Source: Lama guanicoe (Eukaryota). From it: 64,000 nt of DNA. The stretch covers positions 1,243,884 to 1,307,883 of the forward strand of contig MU054001.1 in the NCBI GenBank assembly GCA_013239625.1, read 5' to 3'. Of this stretch, positions 1-14,569 are shown in pieces. A model generated the notes under the pieces. That model was not told the origin of the DNA. It worked only from the letters and a program-made list of their open reading frames with translations, and did not search any database. Every line of letters begins with the position of its first letter. Positions within the stretch are counted from its first letter, which is position 1. Made by a program: the position numbers and the translations under genes.

Positions 1-3000
1 TAAATATACTTAATCACATCTATTAGAGAAAAATGAACTTGATAATTACAACAAATAACTAAACTGCAGAAAGTGTTCAAGGAAGGAAAAAAAAAAAACC
101 AACAACCCACACCAGGATCTAAGTAGACAGGGAGTGTGAGCTACAGAAGACTAAAGGGAAACCAGGAATGTTCCACTTGGTGCTGAAGGAGAAAACTGTC
201 TCAAGGTAGGTGGAGCTGATTTAAGTTGCCCACGAAAATGACAAATTTCCATTTCAAACGTGCCCTTGTTTATGGGGTATATGTAAAATGTTAATTAGAA
301 AGAAATCCTCGGAGGGTAAAGTGCTTTGTTTGTAGACTGGTTCCTGGTGCGATGGAGGGGCAGGCGGGGAGGGCTGGAAGGGGGCCTGCGGTAAACACTC
401 CGTCTGACAAACAGACATCTCTAGTAACTCAGCTGCACACACGACTTCCCTGGAGCCTCACCAATGCTGAGGGTCAAATGTGTCTTTTTCTACCGTCACA
501 AAGTTGCAGTCTCCGAGCTGGGGGACCTTTACCAATCCTTGGCTGAAGGGTATAGGTGAGGAACCCCAGAGGGCACGTTGCCAATCAGTGTTCCCAGTGC
601 CTGACCTCACTCGAGAAAGAGTCACTCCCACCAGAGGTGGTTCAGGGCACTTCTGCTTCTGGTAGCGAGGCCACAGCCCCAAGTTCGCTCTGAGCTGAGA
701 TCCAGCAGGAAAGGATCTTTGAAAACCCAGAGGAGAAGAGGAAAATTGGTCACATTAACCGTGACAGGTGTCGGACTTCCGGGAGAGAGAAGGGGAAGGT
801 GCCCAGAGATAGGAGGGATCAGAATAAAGACGAAACAGGTGCTATCTTATCTGAGCGGCTAAGGAGAGCCTCCAGCACGTGTGATCAGCAAGGGCCAAAG
901 CTGGCCAGAGCCTGGCAACATCCTCTCCACCGAGGGGCAGGACGGACACGCTTTTTAAGCACAGATGTGGCAAGATGGTTTCATCTCGGTCAAGTCCACC
1001 GAACAAAAATACACTGCTGTCACCTTTGGCCACGGACGGCAGCAGCAGCAGAGGCCCACCGACTCCGAACACTGGGGAAACCAAAAGTCAAGCCTGTGCA
1101 ACCACACGAGCAATGGAGCAGCCCTTTGCTCTTCTCATTCATATTTTAAAGGGACTGGAAACAGAAGCAGCGACTATGATTCCCCGACGGCATGCAAGTC
1201 TCCTGGTCAAAGAGGTCTATCTGCTTCCCTGTCTTGCTGTCTTGGTGGAATAGCCTTTGGCATAGGTGAGGGAGACTCTTGTTTTTGTCATCAACTCGGT
1301 CTATAACCTCATCCTACCTTCCCTCTGGAAAGCTCTCCATTCCAGACTCTTCGTCCCAGGGCTTCTAGGGCAGTCATCCCACTTCCCTTGCTGCCACCAA
1401 GGAAAATAAAACCTTGTGCTGGGAGCACCAGGACAAGGCCTCTGGCTTTCCCCTCGGGGTATGACTGAGGAAGCACAGAGCCTCGAGGGCTGCTGGCCAC
1501 CATCTTGTGACCAAGCGAGGAGAGGCTGGCAGCGGGGCCAGCACTAAGCAGAACACAGGGCATGACCACCTCATTTGAACCCAAGGACATACCTACAAAT
1601 ATTCTTGACCTTTTCAAACACATGAGCCGATAAAGCGTCTTCCCCACGACCTCCCCACACATCCCAGTCAGGCTCTTCCCCCAGTTTCAACTGAAAGGCC
1701 CGGTAGAGCCCACTGCCAACCACAGTGCCTCCCACGGCCTTAGCCTTCCCTTTGAAGAGGAATGGACAGGGGAGAAGCTCGTGGCTTTAAGTCCAGATGC
1801 CCTGGGAACAGGCATTTCAGAACCACAGCACGGCGATCACCAGGCCCTTAGAGCTGGTGGAGAGATCAGGGGACGTGGGACTATCAGCCCAAACCAGCCA
1901 CCCAGCTGCACTGTGTTTCATCACGTATCAATTTTTACTGAAAAGAAAACCATACAAATTTAATCAGCTTTTCATATGGAAATATTTAACTTTTTTCCCC
2001 CTTGGAGTTGTTTGATATTATTGTTTTAAGAGTCAGGATTAAAAAAATATATATCAAGATGTACGATAGTGGTGGACACAGAAAAGTGTCCGTTTCTGGC
2101 AAGAATGCAAATCTCATTTCCAGTCGACTCGAGTCTTAAACACACTGGCGTCTCCGTCAATTGCCCGGCTCAATGAAGAACATATTACATGCCCATAACC
2201 ATGAAGTATAAGACGAGAACGATCCATCTCCCACAGCCCTCAACCGCGGCCAAGGCAGGAGGCTATTATCGGTGAGAAAAACATGATCTCAGAAAAGCTC
2301 CTGTTGCCCCCAAGTTGAGGGAGTGTTCTGTTTTGGCATCCAAACCTCTGAGGTTTCTCTTTGCTCCTTCCCCCTCCCAAGACATTATCAAACAGCCTTG
2401 TTCCAGAACTTTAAAGCTCTGAAAACCTGTAAGGTGGGGCTCTCTTACATATCTACCTATTAAAGAACTACATTCTCCCTCAGTCGTCATAAAACGTAAA
2501 ACACCTCTTAAGAGGCTGCCTTTGTTTTCCAGCAAAGGGCACATGAGACAAAAGAGGTTGCCTTTTAAATATAATTTTAAAACATTCTATTAAATGAAAT
2601 GAAGTATTGATATACAGAGTGATTTAAAAAGGAGGGCTGCTTTTGACATCATGGGCACTTTTAAGTGCAAAAGTGATGTAAGCTGGAGGCCAGCGCCAAG
2701 AATTCTCCATCGCAGAAATGGCTCATCAGAAACTCAGAGGCGAGGAAATCTGCTGCTTGGGGAAGACGCGTTAAGTTTGAAGACCACACGTCACCTGTGC
2801 CAGCTGGTGAGGAGGGCCGGTCAGCTCACTGCAAAGCCTAGACCAACCCCGGCCAGGACAACTGTCCTGCACGGCTCCCAACCACAGTTTCAAGTCCTTA
2901 GAAACTCCTAACCCTGAGGTCCTTGCAAAGCGATGTGTGCAGGAGTCAGATCACCAATCCACATCCAGATTAATTTTCGTAGTGCTATTTCGCTTTATGG

Positions 3001-4649
3001 TGGAGGAACTGAGCTATTTACTAAGTGCCACACTATCTGCCAGGTGGGCAGAGTTAATCTCCCGGGCTCCCGTGAAGATTTCTTCGGGCTTTCATCATGT
3101 TAGCGACATTGACCTCTGCCCCGATAGAAGTGCTGAAAACTGTTAGCAACTGAGAAGACAGAAACCAGCTCTTGAGAGGGGGCGTTTTGGGGGACCCGAA
3201 GCACAGAATACTTTATGTCAACGTTACGGATCAGGCTTTTTTCAGAGGAAAAAGAAATCCCATTTCTGTTACGCAATCAGGAAACTGAAGATGTCTACCT
3301 CCAGATAACCCACTGCTTGTGCTGTGATTTCAGCTGGAAACTTGCACGGAGAATGTTTTCCTGCTGTCTGTTCTGGTGTTGCTGTCACTTTGCATTGACT
3401 CTTTTTTTTCTCTCTCTCCATAGCAAATAAATCAGAAAGTTAATAGTTCTGCTGATTTGTTAGAACTTTTTTTTTCCCCTTTAAAAAAATAAAGCAAAGG
3501 AAAGAATAGCTTTAAAAGGGGAACAAACTGATCCCAGCGTGTTAACAACTCCATCGCGGTTTCGGACTGCGGTCATGCCGACTGTCTAGTAAAAAGAGAA
3601 ATTCCACTGTAGCAGAAGTAATAAAATCTTCTTTTAAAGCACAAATACCATGCAGGGAGGAAACAGAAACCCCTGCTTTGGGACTAGGGAGGTGGGGGTG
3701 GCGCGAAGTAAAATCTGGACCGGAGGGAGTACTGGGGATTCGCGGTGACTGTGCTTTCACCCAAAGCAGCTGTTTCCATGGCCCAGAACCTTCTCTTCCT
3801 CTTAATCCATCAGCCGGAGGATTTTAGAAAGATGTCAGCTATTATCTAAAGCTATCTTCATTGTTATTCATGTGACAAAATATTTATCACCCACTCTGCT
3901 TTTTTCAAAGAGGCCGATCTCTGCGATGGGTCCTCAGGAGACTGTCATCAGCACTGCAGCATGTGACCGCCCTGGGAGCGAGGGGTGGCCCCTGGGAGGA
4001 AACTTCTGCTTCACAGTCACCAATCCCCGGTTGTCCGTCCTCAAACCAGAGAGCCAAGCATTTAACCAGGGTCTTCCTATCTGGATTTCTAGATCTCATA
4101 ATTGACAAATAATTGACTTTACCTTCAAATCAGGGTCAAAGCTCCCCCAGTGACCACCCTTGGTGATGAACACACTGGGCCAACTGTTCCCCAGGCAGCC
4201 GGGAGGAATCCTGTCCGCCCTGTAGGCCCCCGCTCAGTTACTCCCACAAAAGGCAGCAGTTGAATGTTGAGAAAAAGTCAAGTGAAAAGAGCCGGGATCC
4301 TGTGACACGAGGCATTCAGCAGCCAGATTGCTTTCACACAATCACTCAATATCTCTGATGATGGCCAGACTTAGCCAGGTAGCGGGGGATCCGTTTGCCA
4401 GGTACCGCTTGGATGCTGAGAGCCAGCGAGCTGGAGGCAGACTGCGCAGCCAAATTCCCGTTTCCTAATTCAGGCTCTTCATGAAAACACCCACGTCCTT
4501 GACGCACTGCAGAATCCTGGGAAAAGAGCCTACTGAGCAAGAGGGCAGGGCCCCATGAAGGGACCTCTTCCAGTCCCTACCCTCTGCCCTTTCCTAAAAT
4601 TTCTGCTTCAGGGGAATGAGGGGCAGCTCCCGGGGAAGTAAAATGCAGT

Positions 4650-5520
4650 AGCAGCAGCAGCCCGAGCCACCCCCTTAACACTTGAGTGAATTAACCGCCA
4701 AGATACAAAGACGTGTATTTCATGTCATCTGGTATTTCCTCCAGCCCTCCCGCCACACGAGCTATATGTAAACATTACAATTTCCCCCCTCACCACTTTG
4801 GATTTAATTGTATTCCTAATTGGAAATGAAAATTAATTTGCTTTTGATCAATTCCAGGTGGCAGATCAGCCTGAAATGGTAGCAGGGCGTGTTTTTTTTT
4901 TTTTTTCCCTCCCACTCTCTGAGTGACCACACACACGTGCCCATAAACACCAGCAGGCGTTAAGGACGTACACTGGCGGCCCCCCTCTTTTTGCATGAGG
5001 TCTTCTACTGTCTCCCTTCCCTTGGCTGATTGGCACCGTTCAATTTTTAATAAAAGATTTACCAAAGTGACGCTACTTATGGAAATAAACTGCTGACAGA
5101 CTTGCGAAGTTAAGTACATAATTAAGGCTGCGGACCTACAGACGCTGAACAATGGTTGCTTACATCAAGATGTACGCGGGTATCACAAATAACCCGGCAT
5201 CTGGTTTCTTTATCTAAGTACCTTTCTTACGGTTTGGATCTTAATTTTTTACAGTTGACAGCAGTGTTATTTGAGCCCGTCGGTGGCATCTGGTTGCTGG
5301 GGAAAAAAAAAAGAAGGCAAGCAAGAAAGGGGGGGGTGGAATCTCCATGCACTTTAATTAATTGTGGAGAAATTACATGGTCCTTCAACCGTGTAGTCTG
5401 TCATCAGTACACATTACAGATTTATATTAGATGTTTCTCCACAGTGTCAGGAATAATTAAAAGGGGGTAGGAAATGATGCCAACCAGCAATGCTTTACAT
5501 CAGTGGTGAAAGTTTTATAT
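4650..5520. promoter_or_regulatory. Candidate conserved non-coding element / developmental enhancer
   Basis: Repeat-free block with TGACAG (5094), TAATTA (5119), AACAATGG (5148) and TTAATTAATT (5354). Conservation is inferred, not measured. Confidence 0.5.
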
Positions 5521-6899
5521 TTATTACAGCCAAACAATTTTAGAAGAAGATGTCAACTCAGAGGCTTGACTGTGCATGGAATACATATCAGGCTGCAGGG
5601 GAAGCCAAGGTGGCTGGAATAATGAGAGAGAACTTGGGTTTAATCTAGCAGGCTGACCAGAATCGGGGTGGCATGCCAGAGTTATTCATGACACGGCACC
5701 CCCTTTCTTCTCCTAAAAACATTCACCCTGAACAATAAGTGTCATCCACTTGTTTTCTCCTTCCTGAAACCATCTTCATCCAATTGTTCTTTCTGATCCT
5801 CAGAAGAACGAAAGTGCCAACTGAACCCAAGTCACTTTTTATTTTTTTTGGTCCATCAAGTTGTACCCCACCTGTAGCTTCGGCAGTGTTGGCAGCGTGA
5901 CTTAGTAAAAAGGTATCAGAATGACTTTGGCCTTCATGGAGTATGTGATGACAGCATTCCGGCCAGGAACTTCCATGGAGGGATCCGGGCCCAGAGGATG
6001 GCTGAGGTGAAAGGTAATCACCATGCGGTCGTGCACATCTTAGCTTCCTTATTTCTGGCACCACTGAGCAAACTTGGAACACGCTCCTTTATCTTTTCCA
6101 AAGATCACAGCCAAGGATGACTTTTAGAAGCCCAAGGTCACAAAGAAGCTCTGACGAACATCCCACGTCAAAGTGGATGGTCATCCTCGGGACATCCATC
6201 TTCGGGGCTCACCCGATAGAGCAGACTTCCATTTAGACAGAGAGCTCGTCAGGCGGCACGTGACCGGAGCAGGAGGAGACGCCCTGCACCTTTCCCGTGT
6301 GTCTTGCAGGAGAGTTGGTGCACGCGGTAATCCCCTGATATGTGATGCCTGTCACTTCTCATTTATTAGCTCCTTGCCCTGGATATTTTCGTAATTTCCA
6401 TTTAGCTCATGTGGCCCCAGAAGTGGCAACATCTGGGGAATCACAGCCTCAGGACAGCCTCACCTTTGTTCCCCTGGACTCAGATCAGAGCGGTGCGCCA
6501 AAACAGGGCTGTCTCCCCAGCATCTGCGGGTCTAACTGGTGGGAATTCTCCTCCCTGAAACCTTCACGTGGTGCGGAAGATGGCAGTGGGGTCTGCAGAG
6601 CAATGCTGGCCTCAAGGAATTGCAGGTGGGTCTAACAGGGAGAATTTGCTTCTAGGATAATAAAGTAATGATATCTTCAGTTACGTTAAGCTATGTAATA
6701 ACAATCTCCTTAAGTCGAGAGTGCTTTAAAAATTTCAAAGTGCTTTCATAGCTGTTACTTAATTTTACTGATACTTGTGTAGCTCAATGTGGAGGCTTGG
6801 AAAGGGGAGAAACCTCTTTAGTCCTAAACAGAACACACAGCTCACGCACATGCTCCCTTTCCTGATGGCTTAGAAAAGTCTGTGTTTAGCTTTCTAAAG

Positions 6900-7270
6900 T
6901 ACTCTCCGGACTTCATATACAATCGAAACCTCTTCCTGGGGCCCTGCTCTCCTTTCTGACTATCCCCATCTCCTGTCACTCACCCTTGAACTTGCTCCCA
7001 CCCTTCTGTTCCTCTAAGACATCAAGCCCAATTCTATCTCTATCAGGAGCTCTGTTACCTCCGTCTGGAAGACTAATTCCATGTCTTCACATGGCCAGCT
7101 CCTTCTTGTCTTTCAGACTTCAGCTTAAATGTCACCTCTCCAACCTCTTTATCCAATATCATCCACCCTTCTACCCTTCATTTCCTAAGTCATCATCTGC
7201 AATGGTCGTATTTGTGTATTTGTTTAACGCGGGTCTCTCCCATTGACGTGTAAGCTCCAAGAGAACCTGG
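6900..7270 (+). mobile_element. L2 LINE 3' remnant
   Basis: Pyrimidine-rich L2-like text 'cttcagcttaaatgtcacctctc...tctctcccattgacgtgtaagctccaagag'. Confidence 0.65.
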
Positions 7271-7949
7271 AAATACACAACGTCAGGGTAGATTTCTCTA
7301 TGTGCTTAAACGATTAGTTTCAAATAATCTATGTGTCCAATTTTTCTTTAATTCAGCAGAAAGTCTTTAATCTGGTTAGTTTAACTGAAATTTTTTACCA
7401 TATAAATGATTTTTCTTCATCCCATTTGGGTTTCAAAGCTGCTGATGGAATCGCTCTTGTGGAGGGATCCTACCGGAATTAACCAAATTGAAAGAGATGT
7501 TGACCTGAAACCGGTCTTAGTGGAAAGAAAATAATCTGAATATAAGGTCAAGCCACTGCATCCTGTGTCCCTAAAAGGATTATTTTAAAGTCAATTTTTT
7601 CACTGTTAGTATTAAAGCAGTTCACCCACCAGTTGTGAAGTTTGAACGCTGCTTTGAATTGAGGTTTGTAGCGGCTCCACGAAATCCCTGCTAAATGCAG
7701 CTTCAGGGAGGAGCAGCTAAGTGCAACTGTGGCCGAGGTGAGAATTGCTGGCTCAGATCACTTGTGCCTCGAACGGCAGGTGCCAGTGGTAATCCTGCAC
7801 CCTGAGTGCTGGCCAGGGTCAGAAGAAAGGAAGTTTACATTAGAACAGGCAGATAGGAACCTGACCTGGAAAACAATTTCCTACAGGAAGCGAGAGGCGT
7901 AATAAGTGACCAAGTGACTAAAGATCTCCAGAGAGATTACCATTAGGAT

Positions 7950-8195
7950 CCAACTTCCCTGACACCTGTACTTCTTGAGGACACTGTCTGGTTCATCTCT
8001 GTGGCTCCTAATGGTACTGAAGACATTAAGCACTCAAGATATACGTAATGGGATGAGTCTGGAGGACGGGTCTTCCTTGTAAGTTTCACAAGGGTGGGGC
8101 CCTGTCGCTCCAGGACTCAGCACAGTGGGAGGTGTAAAACTCTGCTGAATGGAAAACCTAAACCAATGAACCAATCAGTCAGCGATGAATGAGCC
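7950..8195 (+). mobile_element. Degenerate L2 3'-end fragments
   Basis: 'cttcttgaggacactgtctggttcatctctg', 'agcacagtggga' and a gaatgaat-like tail. Confidence 0.4.
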
Positions 8196-9145
8196 AGGTC
8201 ATTCCTGTAGGGCTAAGATGCTTGAGAATCCTGGAGAGATGGAAACGTTCCTCCCTCGAACTCTACATGCTTTCTTTCCAGAAAGCCAAGTATCTTTCCT
8301 TCTTCCCCACACCTCTGTATCAGCTCTGAAACAAAGATTCTCCTACTTTTGGACAAGCAGAGGCACCTGTGAGGTTGCTCCTGTCCTCCCCAGCAAATTC
8401 ATTAAGCATTATCTCCATTGGCCACCACCATTATCTTCATTTGGCTCCCGTTAGTGCTGCATAAGCAGCGAGAAGGAGAGGGTTCCTGGGGTCTGGGAGC
8501 TCATGGCTTAAAGGCACCTGGCAGGTGGGGCACATGTGGTGTCAGCTCAGCTCTGATCTCTTCCCTCCACTTCTCACTCTCCTTGAAAAGCCAGTTTGCC
8601 CTTTTCAAGTGGAAGGAGAGACGCGGTATAAGCAAAAGGCCCCCCTTTCTGAGGTGGGCTCCCCTGCCCGTACAACCCCGTTGGATGCTCCTGTTGTCCT
8701 GTCTTGCTTTACATGTGGACTGTCACAAGGGCAGATGAAAAATCAGGTGGTGTCTAAGGGACTGGATTTCCTCCCGCAGTTCTGCAGTCAGAAGCAGACA
8801 GCGAGGCTTGCGGTATCATCTGATATCTCTGTGGAAAGCACTTCTCCGAGAGCCCACTGCACCGAGAGTCCTCGACCTGGAGTTTAACCAAGCCTGTGTC
8901 TCTCCAGACCTGCAGTGTTCCACGTTTCCGTCTCAGGAGTCAAGTTACACGACGTGAGCTTCTTCCCAACGCCTAGATTCTGATTCGATTCGTGCCTGAA
9001 AACATCTTATTCTCTGATTGCTTCTGGTGGGTCATCTTTTTGGGGCCAAGTTTCTGCTTAGACCCTGATTTTATGCAGCTGTAGCCATAGCGACAAGGAT
9101 TTCATATTCGATGTGTTCAACTACTGGAATAAAGGTTACAGTTGT

Positions 9146-9147
<2 letters not shown>

Positions 9148-9182
<35 letters not shown>

Positions 9183-9190
9183 AAGAAAAA
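9148..9190 (+). repeat. Poly(A) tract (A33 followed by A-rich sequence)
   Basis: Seen directly; AATAAA lies at 9128-9133. Confidence 0.95.
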
Positions 9191-12100
9191 TAGGCCTTCC
9201 ATTGGGGAAAGTTGGCTTCCACAATCAAGAACATCAGGTATATAGGCTCAGGAAGCTCTAAGGTGAGAAGTAGAGGAGGGTACATTCCCATTAAACACGC
9301 GTTCTAAAATCCTAAAAATAACTTACTGCCTGTCTTAAGGATGATTTTCAGTTACACACAATACCACCATTCGAACAAACCTACTTTACATTCACATGCA
9401 CATTTTCACATGGTTTTGACCATAAAGACTTATACCATCATTCATTAGCTGTTCTTACTTAACGGGACATCACAAGCATCTCCCCATGTTTCCAGGTTGT
9501 CTTCATAAACATTACCTCTGTTTTTCTACAGGAGATGAGCCTATAAAACCTAAAAGAAACCATCTATTAAATAAGGGACTATAAATATAAATCCCTTGTA
9601 TAATTCAGAAACTTCTGGGCAATAGGAAAAAAAATAACATCTGAAATATGTGCAGCTGGGATAGGGCAGAAGAAAATTCAAGGAAAGCTGTATTAGACAC
9701 TTTTCCCTAAAAGCCTGAGCACCGGAAACTGCTCACCAGCCTTAGGACCTCTGGGAAATGCATCACTTTCCCTTTGACTTGGTTTCCTCAATGAGACATA
9801 GAGGGTAGGGTTGGGTGAACTTTAAAATTCTTTCCTGCTCTAAAATTTTATGTCCATTCCTTAAAGCAACTTTATTCTGAGGAATATAAGGAACTATAGG
9901 CACTTTAACGGACTCCTTAGAGTGGGGGGAACAGGGGAAATACACTGGGTTGTGTCCCTTGTTCCCCCTTTATGGGAAATGACCCCTCCACCAGGCTTGG
10001 CCGTTGAGTGGTAGGATCCTGGCCGCCATGTTGTTCAGGGTGGCCTCACCCCTCAAGCCAGAGTCGACTGTTCCAGAAGTGGTGGCCACCATTCAGCCAC
10101 GTGGACAGAGACACAGTGGAAGTTGGTATGCCGAATGAAGGGAGCAAGCCGAGATGCAGGGAGATGCAGAAATCAAAGACAGAAACCTCCCACTCTACTC
10201 CTAAGATCAGGTTGGATGAGACAGTCTGTATCCGCGACTAAGCTTTATCAAAACAACCCTGTCCCTTAAATCTCACGTGGCAAAAAGGTCTCATCATTAA
10301 CAGCCTTCATTAAGGGTCCTCGGTACTACTATACATCTGGAAACCTCTTGGTAATTTTAAAAGAAAGAAACAAAGCAGTATTATTTGCTCCATCTGTAGA
10401 AGAGGAACAGAGGTCACGAGCTTGTAAAAACCCAAATACCACAGAAATGTACTGGCTGAGCCAGAGCTCAGTCCATGGACTCTTGCTTCGCACAGAAACT
10501 CCATTTGTTAATTATTTCTTGCCTTCTAGCTTAACTTCTGTTTTACAGTGTGGGAAACCATGAGAAGGAGCTAGAACTCTCAATACTTCAGGGTTTGCAG
10601 ACACAAACTCATTTCTCAATGAGCTTGGAGTTCTGGGTAAAAAGAGGCTCCAGGTTTTTAGTTTCAACCCTTGGATCTATCTGTATGAACCAGGGATCCT
10701 TTCCATTCATTCTGCTTCCAATGCTAGGGACCTGGATTCCGGGCCCCAAGAAATGGGCTCTGGTCTTTTGGTGGTTTTCCCTCAGTCTAGCCCTGATGAA
10801 TGCCCTCTTATGCATGCAGAGATGCTAACAGAGATAAGCAACATGGAAGCTGGGAACTGAGTCCAGCCAGAATGTTTAAAACATTAAAGAGCTAAATATT
10901 AGATTAGGACTAATGTGAAAAATTCAGAATATTGAGAGGCAATTGGAGCCTTAAAATAGGATAGACAGCTGAAAACATGAGCCGTTTTTGTGCTTTGCCT
11001 TAATCCACCAATCTATCTAAAGTTCTAATCTACCAGGTATTTAACCGTATACCAGAGATACTTCCTTCATTCCTTGGGGGTAAGGAGGCAAGGAGGAATT
11101 GGTTCCATATGAAACAACGCGATCTCTATTACGTTTCTGAAGTAAAGCTTTGCAGCCCCTGGATGTGATAATTGTGTTTGTTCATTACACTGTCTCTATC
11201 ACCACCACCAGCACCACCACCAAAAATCCCAACCTCAAAAACAAAGAAACTGGAAAGGGAGAGATAGGGACTCGACATATATCCAGTACCCAGGGATCTA
11301 CAGACAACTGAGGTTTGATTTAAAGATGGAGGAAGTGAGGGAAAGATACAAAAGCATCTGACCATTCCAGCTGTTTAATTTAAATGCACAAACCTCAAGA
11401 CTGCATCAAAACTTTCCCAAGGTTTCCCATAAATGACAGGAAACCGCTTCGTCAAAGACCCTGAAAAGCCCTTGTAACACATGGGGACAATGATGGACAA
11501 TTAAGTGTTCTCCAGCGGGTCTCAGCATGACAAACCATAATGGCTCCAAGGGAGCCCTTAAAACCTACCATGTCAATGAGCTCCCCCAAGCATGGGGATT
11601 TAGAGTTATGGATTAGACCTCTTAACCCTTCTCCTCCCCTCAAAATACCTTAAAGACCCTTTTCTCCCAGGGGAGGGGCTGTTACAGCCAGTGTCTGGTT
11701 AAGAGATCTTTGTGAAGTCACGTGTAGACGTAGTTACAGGACATCTAATGAAGACTATGGATTCAGCTGAGACGCCCCCTTCATGTTACTTTAAGCCAGA
11801 CTGAAGGGCTAGAACCACAGTGGCCCCATCAAAAGCAAGAAGAGGCCTCTTGGGGAGGAGGGGAGAATCTCATTTCATTTCTGGATGTGAATAGCTACAT
11901 GGTCTTGGAAACAACACATGTGTTTTTTTGGTGCTGTAATGTGTATACCTATAAGTTACTTATGTGGCGAGTTATCTCTCAAGTTTGTATTCAGGAATAC
12001 CTTAAAGTAAAAGGAGAGGCTTTGATCAAAAAGAATATCTATTTTACAGCAAAAATAACAAAATTGACAAATCAAACCCAGTTCTATCAATAAGGCCCTT

Positions 12101-12278
12101 CCTGATGATTATCAGTCACTTTGAGAGACGGGTGAATTTCTTTCAAACCACAAGGGAAAACTTGGAATCAACTCTGCATTTTCTGAACTCAGTGGTTACA
12201 TACAAGATGTAACACACAAAAATGATACCAAGTGGATGATCCCAAACTCTGTATATTTAGAGTGGTGATCATATACTA

Positions 12279-12769
12279 TTTTTTTTTAATTGAAGTATAG
12301 TCAGCTTACAATGTGTTAACTTCTGCTGGACAGCATCATGTTTCAGTCATACATAGACATAATATATTCGTTTTTATATTCTTTTTCATTATAGGTTACT
12401 ACAAGCTATTGAATATAGTTCCTTGTGCTATACAGTATAAACCTGTTTATTTTATATATAGTAGTTAATATATGCAAATCTCGAACTCCCAATTTATCCC
12501 TCTCCATCTCCTTTCCCCCAGTAACCATAAATTTGTTTACTATGTCTGTGAGTCTGTGAGTCTGTTTCTGTTTTGTAGATACTTTCATTAGTGTCTTCTT
12601 TTTTTTTAGATTCTACGTGAGTGATATGCTATGGTACTTTTTTCTTTTTCTGGCTTACTTCACTTAGAATCACGGTCTCCCAGTCCATCCATGTTGCTGC
12701 AAATGGCATTATTTTATACTTTTTTATGGCTGACTAGTATTCCATTGTATAAATATACCACAGCTTCTT
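12279..12769 (-). mobile_element. 5'-truncated young L1 3' end
   Basis: Poly-T head, then 'ttgaagtatagtcagcttacaatgtg...ccatccatgttgctgcaaatggcattattt', the reverse complement of the L1 3' ends at 28930 and 48506. Confidence 0.92.
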
Positions 12770-14569
12770 TTGGAAGGAATATACTTGTCCAACTTTGTTT
12801 TGCTGGTGACTCACTGTGCTTTATTCCCTAAGCACACACTGCCACAGGGGGCTGAGAACCTAATAGGCATAGCTACCAGCATCAGCTTATTATCGAAGGT
12901 TATTTCATGCCAATTTTTGTGAAAATGTGAAATATGCTGGTAAATAAAGGTACAGAAGAATTAAAGAAACCTGAGTGAATTGAAAGCATTAATGATCTTT
13001 TTCAAGATCGTGTAACTCCTAAAACAGCTCAGTGACCTGGTCTTATGTTCACACCATCCTATTGGTCTCAAAAGCTCAGTTCACTTCCCACCTGCAGCTA
13101 AACAGGTTCCAAGGTAGAGTGTGAGACACAGCATAGCATTTGGGAAACTTTGGGGATAATGACTGTAACAGAACTGGAAACGATTATTTCCTAATAAAAG
13201 CTTCCTCCTCCCAACATACTCATGCCAACAGGCTACACTGAGACGGCAAAGTGAGGCACTTTTTTTTTTTTTTTGGCAAAAATTTTCCATCACTCTTTCT
13301 TTTTCTTATATAGCCAGGGAATTCTTTTCCTTTCAGATTCATAAAGTTCTTAACCTCTGGTTTTAAGATGGAAAAGCAATGGGATCTTTTATTAGAAAAG
13401 TGCTGTTGAGAGTGGCTTTATTTCCTTATGATACAAGCATCTGCCTTCCCAGAGAGAGGAAAGCAAATGTTTATTGTAAAGTCTATTTAAAAAGGTGAGT
13501 TCACATATACCATTCAGTAATAAGGGAAATAACCACTTTTAATTTTTTTTATTGTCAGATTTTTAAATGGTTTCAGAATTTGGCGAGCACTGCTATGCCC
13601 CCTCAAAGTGCCAGGGGCCCCCTATGGAACACCTTTTACCTTCACCAGTCAGAAGTGAGGCTGAGGTGGCTACAATGGGGACAAGGCAATACAATACTGA
13701 ACACATCAAAAGTTAGACACTTGGAAAGTTGTAAGGACTTTAAAGGTGAGTCACTTATTAAAAAGTCACACTGCTTGGGGGCTCACGGGACTCAGACGTT
13801 TCTGACCAACGTGTGACTTTTCCTATTCCCTGGAACAGGAAGAGTGCAAGTTTCATAAAGACAAGTTTTATATGAGACAACTGTCTGCACTCATCTCAAC
13901 CTTTCACTCAGATCCAGACTCCGAGGTTGAGCCAACGGGTTTGGCAGGGGGTACAGGGGTTTTCTGTATCATTTCTCCTCACTTTTCAAACTTGAGGGTG
14001 ATGCCCCAGAGATTTCCCAGCCTCACAGCCTCAACTTTGTCTCTGTTAGACAGAAAGAGGCCGATTCTTCAACGACTACATAGGTTTAGTCATATCACTG
14101 AAGAAAAGTCGCTGGTTCTTCAGAGACAACAGTATCTCTGCAAGCAGGTGAAAAAAAAAAAGTCAGTTGGAAATTGACAGGCCACTGGCCGATCTGTCAA
14201 GTTTCTGAAAACCAAGGTGATATGAAAATCTTTTAACCTAAATAGGAGAGAAGAGGGAATCTGGCCGTCAGCTGGTAATGGCATCAACAAACCCTTAATC
14301 ACAAGCCCTGTAAGAAGACAGTTCAGGCGATTACTAACTGGCCATAAAAAACCAAAATCACGAAAATATTCAGAAATCTGTTCTCTCTCCATTGCTGGCT
14401 TTGTACCTGAAGTATTCTTACATCTCAGGTCACTGAGTTGACACAACGATGAAAGTAATCCTTTGTGGGATAATTTCACAATTTTCTCAACCAGGAGAAT
14501 GTCAAGGCAGTGCACTTTCTTTGCACTTTAGGTCTTACCAGTAGTTATTTACACGGCTGTATCCTGAAA

